Shown: positions 1-13,421, numbered from the stretch's first letter. The stretch is 64,000 nt of DNA from Eledone cirrhosa (GCA_964016885.1 OZ024743.1:326058001-326122000), one strand, 5' to 3'. Made by a program: numbers and translations. Notes: a model not told the origin generated them from the letters alone.

Positions 1-29
1 CCATCTGGTTCCTTACCACAATTCCTTCG

Positions 30-162
<133 letters not shown>

Positions 163-239
163 ATATATATGTTTAAGCACATGTTAAAAAAAGTGAAACA
201 CTTATGATATAATGAAATATATTATAGCTAATGTATACG

Positions 240-848
240 TGGTGACTGCCAACTCGTTTTCGAGTACGGCCACTACTTTATATCCATGTAGGAGAACCCC
301 TACCGATGCGCTGAACGAGTGTGACTTTTTAGTCCAGCCAGCGACTTGAAAACTCTGGTACAAACACTACACTTGTGACAATTATTGACACATAGTGCTG
401 GGCCCATGGTACCATGTGACGACAAGTGCAGAGAGATCTCCAGATATAAAGCAATGCCTGTGCCGTGAAGCTTTTATAGTGAGCAAAGGCACTGCACAAA
501 GCCAGTCCCACTCTCTTAACCAAGATGATATTTACCAAAAAGAAGAACAAGTCAACATCATTGGATACCATCAGGGTTGCAGGTGTTATATCAGAGTTTT
601 CCTTCTCCTAGAATTCTGCCTTGACAAAGGCTAAGGGGGTCATCTCTTCCGGTGATTGTGGATGGCCATTGACTCTTAAGAGCTCCTTTGCCCTTTGACA
701 GGTTTTGTTTTTAGTCCTGCAGGATGTCCAAAGTCACCCTCCTCACCAAGAAACCTTGGTGGGGTTGCCAGTTTAGTCGTCAACGACCCGACCATGGGAC
801 AGGTTGTACTGGGATACATGCTACCAGTAGCACCAACTGGTGACCTGA
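240..848 (-). mobile_element. Non-autonomous RTE/RTEX-like retroposon, longest copy
   Basis: Near-identical to 3976-4543, 8266-8683, 34385-34833 and 3825-3919. The left end (TGGTGRCTGCCAACTCG) is fixed and the right end varies. The minus strand carries CTAGGAGAAGGAAAACTCTG, which resembles the RTE 5' UTR motif. No RT ORF. Confidence 0.65.
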
Positions 849-1034
849 CATACATGTATATATAAATACACATACATACATACACATATATATATATGTA
901 TATATATGTATATATATATATACATACATACATACACACACATACACACATATATATATATTGTTATTTTTATCTGAAGACATTTTTTCCAATTCCAACC
1001 CGCCCGTCCCCTCAATCTATTTTATTTCTCATTC

Positions 1035-1073
1035 TTCCTTCTGATGAAGGACTAGCGTCCGAAACGTTAAGAC
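1035..1073 (+). ncRNA. Minimal hammerhead ribozyme motif in a PLE pLTR fragment
   Basis: CTGATGA-A-GGAC-TAGC-GTCC-GAAA-CG-TT; stem I is weak. Confidence 0.6.
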
Positions 1074-1173
1074 CCTCTTTCTGCTATATCAAGCGTTAAC
1101 CTAATATATACCTTCCATATACTGTACCGATTGTGTTGTTATTTCCGTTTACCTTTTCATATATATCTATATA

Positions 1174-1570
1174 TCTATATATATAAAAGCGAACATGTGT
1201 CTGTGTGTGTGTGTGTGTCTGTGGACAACTTTGGACAGCTAAGGCTTTTACAATTCCCAACCGAATTTGACCAAATTTTCTGTGCCCGTTGCACATATCG
1301 CTAAGATGGTCGCATCACAAAAATGTTTCAAATCGACCCACGACTTTCCATTCAAACTGTTGGGACCTACAACTTTTCAGCTGTAGCTTGCACATTTTTT
1401 GTGTTTATTCTCTGCACTACAAGGCTCTTAAGCGAGCATCGATTTTCTTCTAAGTCACATGCTTGTGTCAGCAAACCCATAAAAACTAAATCCTTATGGG
1501 ATTTTCCATTCAATTTACTTCCTAGCTGTATATTCTTAGCATAATTTCAAACGCCGGGTAAATCTGCTAG
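1174..1570 (+). mobile_element. Non-autonomous Helitron
   Basis: Starts TCTATATATATAAAAG after A; ends AACGCCGGGTAAATCTGCTAG before T; no TSD. Confidence 0.65.
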
Positions 1571-1623
1571 TATATATATATATATGAAATATAAGAATCA
1601 AAGAACTGTTCAAAACATTATTG

Positions 1624-1670
1624 TGCTTACAGCTGTTTCCTCCAAACCGAGGTTTGGATTCTTCGGAGCA
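1624..1670 (-). ncRNA. Hammerhead ribozyme motif with CCGAAGA variant core
   Basis: Minus strand TGCT-CCGAAGA-A-TCCAAAC-CTCG-GTTTGGA-G-GAAA-CAGCTG-TA-AGCA. Confidence 0.65.
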
Positions 1671-2172
1671 ATTTATTAATGAATGGACAGTTATATGACC
1701 TCCTTTTCAGCCAAGAGACATACCGATACATATGCAAATATTGTGGGTCAACATTCATTACAGCATTTAGAGTGGCAGTACACACTTCGAGATTACATTC
1801 ATATTAAAAGGTACAATCAAAAATCAAAAATACAGGTTAATACAACATGAAGATAAGCGGTTATATAGTGCAAATGTTATATGTGTGGCAAGCACGTGCG
1901 TCTTGTTTATATAGTGTGGCAGAGAGTTACGTGTAGTAGGAGCACTTAGGTAGGTAAACAAGAGTGTTAGGTTGGTTGATCTGGTGGCAAATTCTTTATA
2001 TGATTGTTATAGTCTGTGTGTGGAGAAATGATATAAGCATTAAAAATAGTGCAAGCATTAAAAATATTAAAAGTATTGGAGATGCACAGCGAAGGGATGA
2101 CAAGTACTTCATGTACTTCGACATTTTCATGGTCAGTAATTAATACTATATATATATATATATATATATATA

Positions 2173-2289
<117 letters not shown>

Positions 2290-2463
2290 TGAGAGAGAGG
2301 GAGAGAGAGAAAAAAGAAATAAGATTTCGCTTCAAGCGTAGCTTTATACAATATGTATAGAAATTTCGTATTTCTAAAGAAATACGGTTTTAGGAAGCCG
2401 TAGCTATGCAAACACCGGGGGGCTAAAGCCCTCCGGTGGTGTTCAGCAAAGGCAAGGGGGACA

Positions 2464-2507
2464 ACCATCTATGCATTTTCGGCTTGACTGGCCTTCGTCA
2501 GGACGGT
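2464..2507 (-). ncRNA. Hammerhead ribozyme
   Basis: ACCGTC-CTGACGA-AGGC-CAGTCAA-GCC-GAAAA-TGCAT-A-GATGGT. Confidence 0.75.
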
Positions 2508-2856
2508 CCCTCCCACCGCTTGCGACTGCTGGACTTGAAAACAGCCGAGAATATATACTTTTCTCGTCTGTGTAAATGAGGTGATTAAACTCATTTGCAT
2601 ATGAAGCTGCATAAGTTGGCTCAACTTATAATAGAAAAGAAATAAGATTTCGCTTCAAGCATAGCTTTATACAATGTGGTTAGAAATTTCGTATTTCTAA
2701 AGAAATACGGTTTTAGGAAGCCGTAACTATGCAAACACCGGGACCAACTTATGCAGCTTCATATGCAAACGAGAATTAATCACCTCATTTACACAGACGA
2801 GAAAAGTATATATTCTCGACTGTTTTCAAGTCCAGCAGTAGCAAGCGGTGGGAGGG

Positions 2857-2900
2857 ACCGTCCTGATGAAGGCCAGTCAAGCCGGAAATGCATAGACGGT
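2857..2900 (+). ncRNA. Hammerhead ribozyme
   Basis: ACCGTC-CTGATGA-AGGC-CAGTCAA-GCCG-GAAA-TGCAT-A-GACGGT; palindromic stem III ATGCAT. Confidence 0.85.
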
Positions 2901-3824
2901 TGTCCCCCTTGCTTCTGCTGGACACCACCGGAGGGGATTAGCCCCCCCCCCCCCACCTCGGTGTTTGCATAGCTACGGCTTCCTAAAACCGTATTTCTTT
3001 AGAGATACGAAATTTCTATATATTTATATATAATATTTAAAGACGAGATGGTGACTTCAAGGTTTTTGGTCATTGGAATGAGCTGGGGCAATCGGTGAAA
3101 ACAACATTAAGTTTTTCAAATGTTATAGTTTGATGTAAGCTTCTGGTGTTATGTTGCCAATATAATATTACCAGTATCATGTTGCTAACGACAGAAAACT
3201 ATCTGCAGGTTTCTAGAATAAGGATGTTAGCGCCAACTGAATGGTTTACACTTTCCTTCAGCTGAACGAAATTTCTGTGTCGTTTCACTAACAAACCTCT
3301 GGGCACATGAAATTAGATCTGCAAGCATATTTTACACCCATCCTCCCATTGAACCAAGCCAAAGTAAGTGGTGCATGACACATTGGTCAATTATTTCTTC
3401 ACTCTTTTGCATAAAACATATTGGTGGTGCATTGAAAGAAAAAATAACATCAATCCAATAGTGAAACTGAATTAAGACAATCTTATAGTTATTACTAGTG
3501 ACATCTGAAGTAGATATAATGGAACTAAATACTGCAAAGTATTTTGTCTGGCAAATATAGTGAAGTTTAGGTTTCGCTGGTGAGATCTAGTAAGACTGAA
3601 AAACGTACAGATTTGTCTCCCGTACTTGCCAAAAGACGAGTATTTTTTCCCCTGTAATTATCTCTAGTCGACATATTTAATGATTCCCTTCATTGAATGT
3701 TCTAACTCTGAATGAACTGTTATTTAGTCAGGCAATCTATTATTTTTTAATTCAACTGACTGGCCAGTGGCATCGTAAGAGTTCCTAACACTGACAGAGG
3801 TACTACAAATTTTGTGGGAATTTT

Positions 3825-4543
3825 GTGTTATATCAGAGTTTTCCTTCTCCTAGAATTCTGCCTTGACAAATGCTAAGGGGTCACCTCTCCCGGTGATTTT
3901 GGATGGCCATTGACTCTTATACATACATACATACATACATACATACATACATACATACATACATACATACATACATGGTGGCTGCCAACTCGTTTTCGAG
4001 TACGGCCACTATTTATATCCATGTAGGAGAACCCCTACTGATGCGCTGAACGAGTGTGACTTTTTAGTCCAGCCAGCGACTTGAAAACTCTGGTACAAAC
4101 ACTACACTTGTGACAATTACTGACACATAGTGCTGGGCCCATTGTACCCTGTGATGACAAGTGCAGAGAGATCTCCAGATATAAAGCAATTCCTGTGCCG
4201 TGAAGCTTTTATAGTGAGCAAAGGCACTGCACAAAGCCAGTCCCATTCTCTTAACCAAGATGATATTTACCAAAAAGAAGAACAAGTCAACATCATTGAA
4301 TACCATCAGGATTGCAGGTGCTATATCAGAGTTTTCCTTCTCCTAGAATTCTGCCTTGACAAAGACTAAGGGGTCACCTCTCCCGGTGATTTTGGATGGC
4401 CATTGACTCTTAAGAGCTCCGTTGTCCTTTGACAGGTTTTGTTTTTAGTCCTGCAGGATGTCCAAAGTCACCCTCCTCACCAAGAAACCTTGGTGGGGTT
4501 GCCAGTTTAGTCGCCAACGACCCGACCATGAGACAGGTTGTAC
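3825..4543 (-). mobile_element. Two copies of the RTE-like non-autonomous retroposon separated by (CATA)n
   Basis: 3825-3919 and 3976-4543 match 240-848. Confidence 0.7.
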
Positions 4544-4605
4544 ATACATACATACATACATACATACATACATACATACATACATACATACATACATACA
4601 TACAT

Positions 4606-7600
4606 AAGTCAACGCGATCAGTCCCCCACAACAAACATGGAATCAACAACACGTGCTACAGGTCGCCATGCTACTAGACTTCCTAGCAGCCAGGTCGAAC
4701 AGCGCCTTGAAACAACTATGCCTGTAAGAAACTTGACACCACCTGTACCATCTAAGTCTAACTCGAATGCTGGGGAAAACACTATCGATAATAATAATAA
4801 TCGAAGAAATAATAATAATAATCGAAGAAATGTGACACCACGTGTACCATCCGAGTCTACCTCGACTGTTGTGGAAAATACTATCGATAATGATAATCAA
4901 AAGTATAAACAATTGAAAATTTCCCTCAACGAAATCTTCCAGAGAGAAATTAACTCATGTATAAATATCTCTCTTGCTGAACGTGTTATTGACGAAATAG
5001 GGGATGAATATTTACGACGGATAAAAACCCCAACATTTTGGCAAATCAACGCCTGTTTATATGCCTTAGCAATGACAGTGAAGCATTATCTTGGTGATAG
5101 CAGAGATATTAACAAGAACAAAACACCACCAAAAATACCTTCATATATAACTAAAATAGAAAAAAAGATTGCTGACCTACGAAAAACCATAGGATATGTG
5201 ACAATGCTCCTTACATGCAAACAAACACAAAAAAACCTCACTCCTCACCAACAAAGAGTGAAAAAATAAAATAGAGACGATGTTTGGTAGCAGTAGAACC
5301 AGAACTCTCCAATATAAGCTGATCACCCTCAAACAAGAATTGAGAGCTGTTAGCAAAAAACGCCGATACCTGAAGAAGGTAGATGAGAGAAAAGTGCTTA
5401 ATAAAAGATTCAGACGAAACCAAACATCAGTCTATAGAGATATGAAGGGCAAAATAATAAGTGTCACTGAGGCCCCATCCCAGAAAGACATAGATTCCTT
5501 TTGGAGAAAAATATGGGGTGAAAAGAAAAATTTCAACCAAGATGCAGTGTGGCTAAGAGAAATCCGAAAGAACTATTGCTCCTACACTACAATAAAAGCA
5601 TACGAAATAAGTGAGGGTACCCTTTAGACTGTGATAGGAAAACTCCAAGATAAGAAAACACCAGGAAGAGACATGATTGTCGGCTACTGGTACAAAAAAC
5701 TAATATTCTATCGGAGCTATCTTACTGACCTCTACCAACAAGTTCTTAAGGGAGATACACTTATACCAGAATGGTTGACATTAGCACAAACGTTACTGGT
5801 CCCCAAGAACAAAGACACCCACTTGGCAAAAAACTACCGACCCATTGCATGCCAGAACCTGATGTATAGGATGTATACAGCCTGCCTGAACCTATTCCTC
5901 CAAGATTACTGTGAAAATAATAACATCATCACAGATGAACAAGCAGCTGGAAAGAAAGGGGTTTGGGGATGTGCTGAAAAGTCCTAATCAACAAAACTGC
6001 GATGTCGAAGGTGCGACAACTTAGGAGGAATATGACTACAGTCTGGTTGGACTACAGGAAAGCTTTCGATTCTGTTCCCCACTCTTGGATGATAGAGGCC
6101 CTCCAACTTTCTAAAGTCCCAGACATTATTGTCAGAGCCATAGAGAGGCTGTCTTTTTCTTGGGCTACTATCCTAAGGTTAAAGACAGAGAGGGAGGACT
6201 CTATTTTCACTGATAAAATAAAATATTGCAGGGGTATATTTCAGGGGGACAGTCTCTCTGTGATATTGTTCATCTTGTCATTAAACCCCTTGTCCTTTCT
6301 GCTCAACAGGACAGAAATACGAACCTAACCCATAATTTCTTTGTGGACGATCTGAAACTCTATGCCAAGAACATGGATGGGATGAAGAAAAGTCTTGACC
6401 TGGTTACAACGTTCTCAAAGGATATAGGAATGAAGTTTGGCCAAGATAAATGCTCATACATGACTGTAAAGCGGGGAAAAACAACAACCCAATCTAGCAA
6501 CATTGTCATCAATGGTCTAACTGTTTCACCGATATCTGATGAGGACTGCTACAGATACCTGGGGATAGATGAGAACATATCCTATAATGGTATCTATAAT
6601 AAGGAACGCGTAACCAGGGAATACTACACCCGATTAAGAAAGATCTGGTCATCGGAACTCGCCTCGCAAAACAAAACAGTGGCTCACAATGTGTTTGCTG
6701 TGTCTGTGCTAACACCAACGTTTGGAATACTCAATTGGACGATAGACGAAATCCGAGCAGTTGATGTTGGAACTCGAAAAATACTAAACAATACCGGAAA
6801 CTTCCACAGCAACAGTGACATAGACCGCCTTTACTTGAAACGTAAGCAGGGAGGCAGAGGCCTAACATCAGTCCAGACAACATTTGAATGTCGCATCATA
6901 TCTCTCCGACAACATCTACGAACCTCGAAGCGTAGGAGCCCGTTTCTCGAGCAAGTCTATCTGCATGAAACAGATAAGATCATGAGGGTTGGGAAGGAAC
7001 TCCTCGAGAGATATTCCCTGTGTGATAATCAAAAACTCACACCCAGGGATGTCGCTCAGCAGTATCGCATTGAATCCATGGATGAAAACCTGCATGCCAA
7101 TCAGCAAAAATCATGCATGGATATGTTGCCAGGAAGCTCCAGAGTGAGAGTAATATAGATAAGGAAAGTAGTCTATCTTGGACCAACATCCGCTATATTG
7201 GCTCCTACTTTGAAGGATACGCTTTTGCAATCGAGGAACAGGGGATTAGCACGAAATACCTGATTCACAAAAGAGATAGGGATGCAGGCAAAACACCTAG
7301 ATGTGATAACAAGTGCAGTCTCTGCAGAACTAACATCGAGGACATCCCCCATGTCATAAGCAGCTGTCCAAAGATGTCATCGCGGTACTATCTACCTATG
7401 AGGCATGATGTAGTGGCCAAAGCACGATAATAAACACATTAAAAGCTACAGCAATGTGGAAAACATCCATGTACATGTGTGTCTGTATGTGATACAAGCC
7501 GCCCATCCGTCGTCCGTCTTCCAAGTTATGTTTAGAGTACTGGTGGAATGTTCCAGTAAAAACCCCAATAAAATGCAGGCATAACAGACCAGATATTATG

Positions 7601-8151
7601 ATATGGGACAGGGAAAAGAAGGCATGCACAGTAGTGGAAGTTAGCTGTCCAACAGATGCCAATATAATATCAAAGATTAGCGAAAAAGAGAATATTTATG
7701 CAGAACTGATGAGAAATCTGCAGATACTCCACCCTGACTATACCTTCAGATTTATGCTTGTGATTATTGGGGCACTGGGATATGTTAGTAACTGCCTCAA
7801 TACAAATCTTGAGAAGCTGGGCTTCACGGGAACAGAAAGAACACAACTAGTTAGGAAATTACAAGTACAATCCATTAATGGAACAGTAAAAATATGTAAA
7901 ACATTCCAAAAATGTTGCATCTAATAACTGCATATACACATGTACAGATACTAAGCATATACACACATACAACTCAAAACATACACATTCACACATACAA
8001 TAACATCCATATCTACACATGCATGCAGACATGTAGACATATCTACCTAGTTGATGTTGTGTAAATTCCAATGAGAGAGTCTTGTGTCTATGTTAGAAAC
8101 CGACTCTCTTCTCTATTTGCCAAAATTTGTAAAATTATAAAACCAGAAGAA
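4606..8151 (+). mobile_element. R4/Dong-type non-LTR retrotransposon (RT plus restriction-like endonuclease), frameshifted
   Basis: ORF fragments carry KTPGRD, NYRPIAC, WLDYRKAFDSVPH, GIFQGDSLS, FVDDLKL, CSLC..HVISSC..RHD and RPD..VEVSCP; (CATA)n on both sides. Confidence 0.9.
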
Positions 8152-8161
8152 CATACATACA

Positions 8162-8195
<34 letters not shown>

Positions 8196-8265
8196 CATAC
8201 ATACATACATACATACATACATACATACATACATACATACATACATACATACATACATACATACA

Positions 8266-8683
8266 TGGTGGCTGCCAACTCGTTTTCGAGTACGGCCACT
8301 ACTTTATATCCATGTAGGAGAACCCCTACCGATGCGCTGAACAAGTGTGACTTTTTAGTCCAGCCAGCGACTTGAAAACTCTGGTACAAACACTACACTT
8401 GTGACAATTATTGACACATAGTGCTGGGCCCATTGTACCCTGTGATGACAAGTGCAGAGAGATCTCCAGATACAAAGCAATGCCTGTGCCGTGAAGCTTT
8501 TATAGTGAGCAAAGGCACTGCACAAAGCCAGTCCCACTCTCTTAACCAAGATGATATTTACCAAAAAGAAGAACAAGTCAACATCATTGGATACCATCAG
8601 GGTTGCAGGTGTTATATCAGAGTTTTCCTTCTCCTAGAATTCTGCCTTGACAAAGGCTAAGGGGTCATCTCTCCCGGTGATTT
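8266..8683 (-). mobile_element. RTE-like non-autonomous retroposon copy
   Basis: Matches the left ~420 bp of 240-848; (CATA)n on both sides. Confidence 0.7.
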
Positions 8684-8723
8684 AAGATACATACATACAT
8701 ACATACATACATACATACATACA

Positions 8724-8757
<34 letters not shown>

Positions 8758-8798
8758 CGGTCAAAAAAAATATACTCGAAATTAAGAGAAAGAGATAA
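8758..8798 (+). mobile_element. About 40-bp 3' tip of a second R4/Dong family
   Basis: CGGTCAAAAAAAATATACTCGAAATTAAGAGAAAGAGATAA matches the 3' end of 38268-39108. Confidence 0.75.
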
Positions 8799-9265
8799 CA
8801 TACATACATATCACACACTCGTGTACATATATGTAAATGTATATGATACTGGTGTCGATTCAATCGACTAGACCACTCTTTTATAAGGTGTGACCTTTTG
8901 CCAACGCTAGAAATCATTGATTACTACAAATCTGACAGTAGTTCAGGTAACAAAGAGAGAGAGAGAGAGGGCAATAGAGTTAATAAACCATGAAACTCAA
9001 ACCTAAAATAAACAACAAAAGACAACATAAAATTACAAGTGTACACAATCAAGGCCTTTGTTCGCTATTGCTACTACAGTGTCACTCTCATCTTTCTGTT
9101 GACTGATTTGCTGCTTTTCGTCGAACAATCTAATCAGCCAGTTACAGGTGTTTCTTTCTCAATACATTTCAGTATGATCTCCCTTATGAACGTAACATGA
9201 CCGAATGGGTCAGGGATTCGCTTCGTGTATAGATATATTCAATATTACAAAAAAAGTCATATATA

Positions 9266-9583
9266 CAGTGTACCTCCGGCATTCGCTGTCACGGTTGTTC
9301 GCGGATTTTTCCTTAGAACCTAACTAATAATTGTTCGTGGAAACCACTGCATATTCGCGGAATCGTAGATATCTTCCGTCATTTTTTATGGCTTTTTTCG
9401 TGGCAATATATATTCTTTCACCCTTTTTAACGCTAATAACAATATAACGTATTTGCCGGCCTATATTTTACGTTATGTTTTGACGTTTATCGGCATTTTT
9501 ATGGATCACGTCCAATATTCGCGGTTTTTCGCTCTTCGTGGGTGGTCTAGGAACGTAAGCCCTGCGAATACCGGGGACAACTG
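9266..9583. mobile_element. Tc1/mariner (Tigger-like) MITE
   Basis: Imperfect TIRs CAGTGTACCTCCGGCATTCGC / GCGAATACCGGGGACAACTG; TA flanks. Confidence 0.7.
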
Positions 9584-9655
<72 letters not shown>

Positions 9656-9662
9656 CACACAC

Positions 9663-9705
<43 letters not shown>

Positions 9706-9707
<2 letters not shown>

Positions 9708-9800
9708 GGGTTTCTCAAAAAATGTATACACACTTCAACAGCATTCTAATAAATATTGCCTGTAGAGGCGATCAAAGTGTGCATACATTTTCGAGGACAT

Positions 9801-9803
<3 letters not shown>
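9706..9803. mobile_element. About 100-bp Tc1-like mini-MITE
   Basis: CAGGGTTTCTCAAAAAATGTATACACACTT ... AAGTGTGCATACATTTTCGAGGACATCCTA. Confidence 0.55.
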
Positions 9804-9837
<34 letters not shown>

Positions 9838-10268
9838 CGTTGACAAATATATCAATATGCCCAGACATGCAGATATTTTTGGGGGGTTTCCGGGCGTTTT
9901 GTTCCTTTATTGTTTTTTATTTTTATATTTATCTCTTTTCTTATCCCTGTATTTTTGTATTTTTTTATTATTTTTTTATTATTTTTTTATTATATTTTTT
10001 TATTATTTTCTTATTGTTTCTGATCATGCTGAGTAATACCCTCACTCATCCCTTGCTACCCTCTCCCAACCTCTTTATCATCTATTGCACCATTTAAGTG
10101 ATAAATTTTTGGTGTAATTTTTAATTTTTAAATTTTTAAGACATTTTATTACATTATGTGCATCATGTATTCTGTCTTTTTCCATATAGTGCTGACCTGC
10201 TGGTCCTTTAACCTTGTTCTGGTGACGCAGCTCGATGGAGCATGCAACTACTGATATACTCATGTTTA

Positions 10269-10318
10269 TAGGCTCTGATGATTCCAGCCATGGTGTATGG
10301 ATGAAACACTGTTAGCTA
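10269..10318 (+). ncRNA. Hammerhead ribozyme motif in PLE pLTR (about 9835-10362)
   Basis: GGCT-CTGATGA-TTCCA..TGGAT-GAAA-CACTG-TT-AGCT followed by AATAAA and (TA)n. Confidence 0.7.
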
Positions 10319-10358
10319 ATAAAACAATGTATTTCTAAGCACACTTTGGTTATTGCTA

Positions 10359-10700
<342 letters not shown>

Positions 10701-10701
10701 A

Positions 10702-10807
<106 letters not shown>

Positions 10808-11499
10808 TTATATGTATATATATATGTGTGTGTATACATACATTCATACAGACATTCATGTAATAGATGTTGAAGCCTATTGGATGGATTGTAATTCAAT
10901 GGACAAGCCTGTCACAATCTGTGTCACACTGAAAGTTTCTAGGAATAACGATAAGGGTACACCTTTGGCATATTAAGTTCATGAGAAGACTGTTCCGTTG
11001 GGTAATGACCGAAAGAATACATACGATCGCAGATACAAGCGACCGAAATGGGGTTCCTCCGAAGTGTCTTTGGAGTAATGTTACTCGATAGAGTGTGTGG
11101 CTCGAAGACCAGTCGTTCCGCTACTTCTCCGAATTGAAAATCATAGCTATGATACTACGGGCATGTGGTTAGAATGTCTCAGGAAAGAATCGCTGGACAA
11201 ATTTCACTGGCAAAACCAACTGGCAGGAGACCTAGCAAGATTTAGTTGTTGGATACGGTTATATGCGGGTTATATATATTGCATCGGTATTCTGACATTG
11301 TGTGGACTAAGATGCCTGATGAGGGATATCTGGTACGAATGTTTTTTTTTCTTCTTCTGTTATGGTTTTTATATTACTTGGTAATTGTATTATTTTGTAT
11401 GATATATTTTGGCTATTTCAAGATTGTTGTTGGTCTGTGCAAGAAAAAATGATATACAGTTGAGTACTTTTACTTGCGGTGGCGTTCACCCGGGCTGCG

Positions 11500-11785
11500 T
11501 TGAGCCGGCCCCATCGAAAGAATTCACGATGTAAGTTCATTTCAATGAAGTTTCTTCGGGCGATTGGTTTCACAAGCAAGTATATGCACTTTAAGATAGT
11601 GCGATCTAAGCATTGCATCGTTTATACACCCGCTTTCACACCCAACCCAATTAGGTGGAGCCAGTCCCGCGACGGGGACGCATGGGAGGGAGTTTGGTCG
11701 GCAGAGGTGATAAACACAACCTATTTGAGACATTTTGCAAGCCAGCAGAAACTCACCCCACTGCCCAGCTCAGACATACCGACTC
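11500..11785. repeat. Unclassified dispersed repeat
   Basis: Diverged reverse-complement copy at about 42298-42600. Confidence 0.65.
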
Positions 11786-12117
11786 TCGGCACTATATACA
11801 GTAGAATCTCACATACCAACTAATTGTAGGTGTAAAAAAACTTCTATCAACTGCGATTATCGTTGTAATTAGAAGACGAAATATTTAAGGAATATTCAAA
11901 TCTAAAAATTACAAACAAGACAGAGAACTCCTACAATGTCAGTTGATACAATGTTTTTGGAATTTTCTAAACAATACATTAGTGCAATTATTGTTTAATT
12001 AAAATTATTGTTTAATTAATTACCTCGAATGTAAGCACCTGCGAAGTGGTGTGGCAATCCCGTTTACTATAGGTAAAATAATATATTATGTATTGTTATA
12101 TTCGGAGGCGCATTGTG

Positions 12118-12330
12118 AAGGCACATGGCTTAGTGGTTAAAGCATTGGGCTTGCAATCGAAAGGTTGTGAGTTCAATTCTCGGACCGGGTGATGTGTTGT
12201 TTCCTTGAGCAAGACACTTTATTTCATGTTGCTCCAGTTTACTCAGCTGTAGAAATGAGTACCGGCCTTCCCGCCCAGCCAGTGGGATGGCGTTATCTTA
12301 TGGCTAAAACAGCACGACGTGCTGTGACCA
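12118..12330 (+). mobile_element. tRNA-derived SINE
   Basis: A box TGGCTTAGTGG, B box GAGTTCAATTC, followed by CCTTGAGCAAGACACTT core; related minus-strand copies near 47480-47740 and 51330-51650. Confidence 0.7.
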
Positions 12331-13002
12331 GCGGCGCCGATTGGCGCTCGACAGACTGGTCGGTCAAGGTGATCAAGGTGATATTCGGAGATGGTTATGT
12401 TGCCAATAATGCCAATAGAGAGAAACACAGGCACCATATAATTTTCACTTTATCTTTATTGTTCGTCACTCATTCGTTTGTGAAAGTTGTTTCGTCACAC
12501 ATTCTGTGACCTTCTTAATGGTTAACTGTTTTGTGCCTCCTCTTTATCCTGGTCTTAGAATAAAGGGAAAATTATATGATGCGTATGTTTCTTTCTATTG
12601 GCAATATTGGCAAAATGACCATCCCGAAATAAAACAATATCGGTTTCAACACACGATTTCACATCAAGAATATAGCAGAACAATACATAAACTTAATGTA
12701 TTATGTAACTTAATAAGAAAAGATATATCTTTATTACAAGGTTTTTTTCATTACTTGATACTTCTACACTTCCTGGCTCGTTTTGTACCACACCTAAATT
12801 ACGATCGAAGTAAGCTCCTTTTTACAGCTTCCAAAAAATGACGCGTAGAAACCTGGAATGGCCCTCCGTCTGTTTCGACGGTGAATGTCCCAGTTGTTTG
12901 ATCAACGAAACAGCCTACTCATAAAATTAATCTATAAGTGACTGGGCATTCCATAGACATGCATATGTACCCTTAACGTAATTCTCTGGGAAATTGAGCG
13001 TG

Positions 13003-13073
<71 letters not shown>

Positions 13074-13202
13074 TGTGTGTGTGTGTGTGTGTACATACAT
13101 TTAGAAGGCGGCCACCTGGACCGGCAACTGGTAATTTTTTGGCCGCCTTCTCGTCTTGGGCATCTCTCTGCTTTTCAGCTCCTTAGATTGTTAAATTTCG
13201 GA

Positions 13203-13260
13203 ATACCTGATGATGTCACCGGATTCATACTGAACCCGGTCATTGAAATGTTCATAGCAT
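13203..13260 (+). ncRNA. Hammerhead ribozyme motif
   Basis: ATAC-CTGATGA-TG-TC-ACCGG-ATTCA-TAC-TGAAC-CCGGT-CA-TT-GAAA-TGTTCAT-A-GCAT followed by AATAAA. Confidence 0.7.
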
Positions 13261-13304
13261 AATAAACCTTTAAGGAATTACACCAGTCCAGCCTCCTTCT
13301 ATTT

Positions 13305-13421
<117 letters not shown>

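Larger units (their letters stand above)
2311..3016. mobile_element. 323-bp hammerhead-bearing unit, tandem plus inverted (retrozyme or PLE pLTR)
   Basis: AAGATTTCGC at 2321 and 2644 gives period 323; orientation flips near 2743; flanked by TA/GA repeats; same family at 37635-37992. Confidence 0.8.

Noticed and set aside
329-634. 79-80 aa ORFs recurring at several loci
   Set aside because: They recur because the repeat is young; starts are non-ATG or weak and the 34.4-kb copy is disrupted.
3976-8683. Apparent LTRs flanking the RT ORF
   Set aside because: The direct repeats are independent, differently truncated retroposon copies without TG..CA ends, and the RT is non-LTR type with an RLE domain.
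12118-12195. tRNA gene
   Set aside because: A and B boxes run directly into a SINE body and the acceptor stem is poor.
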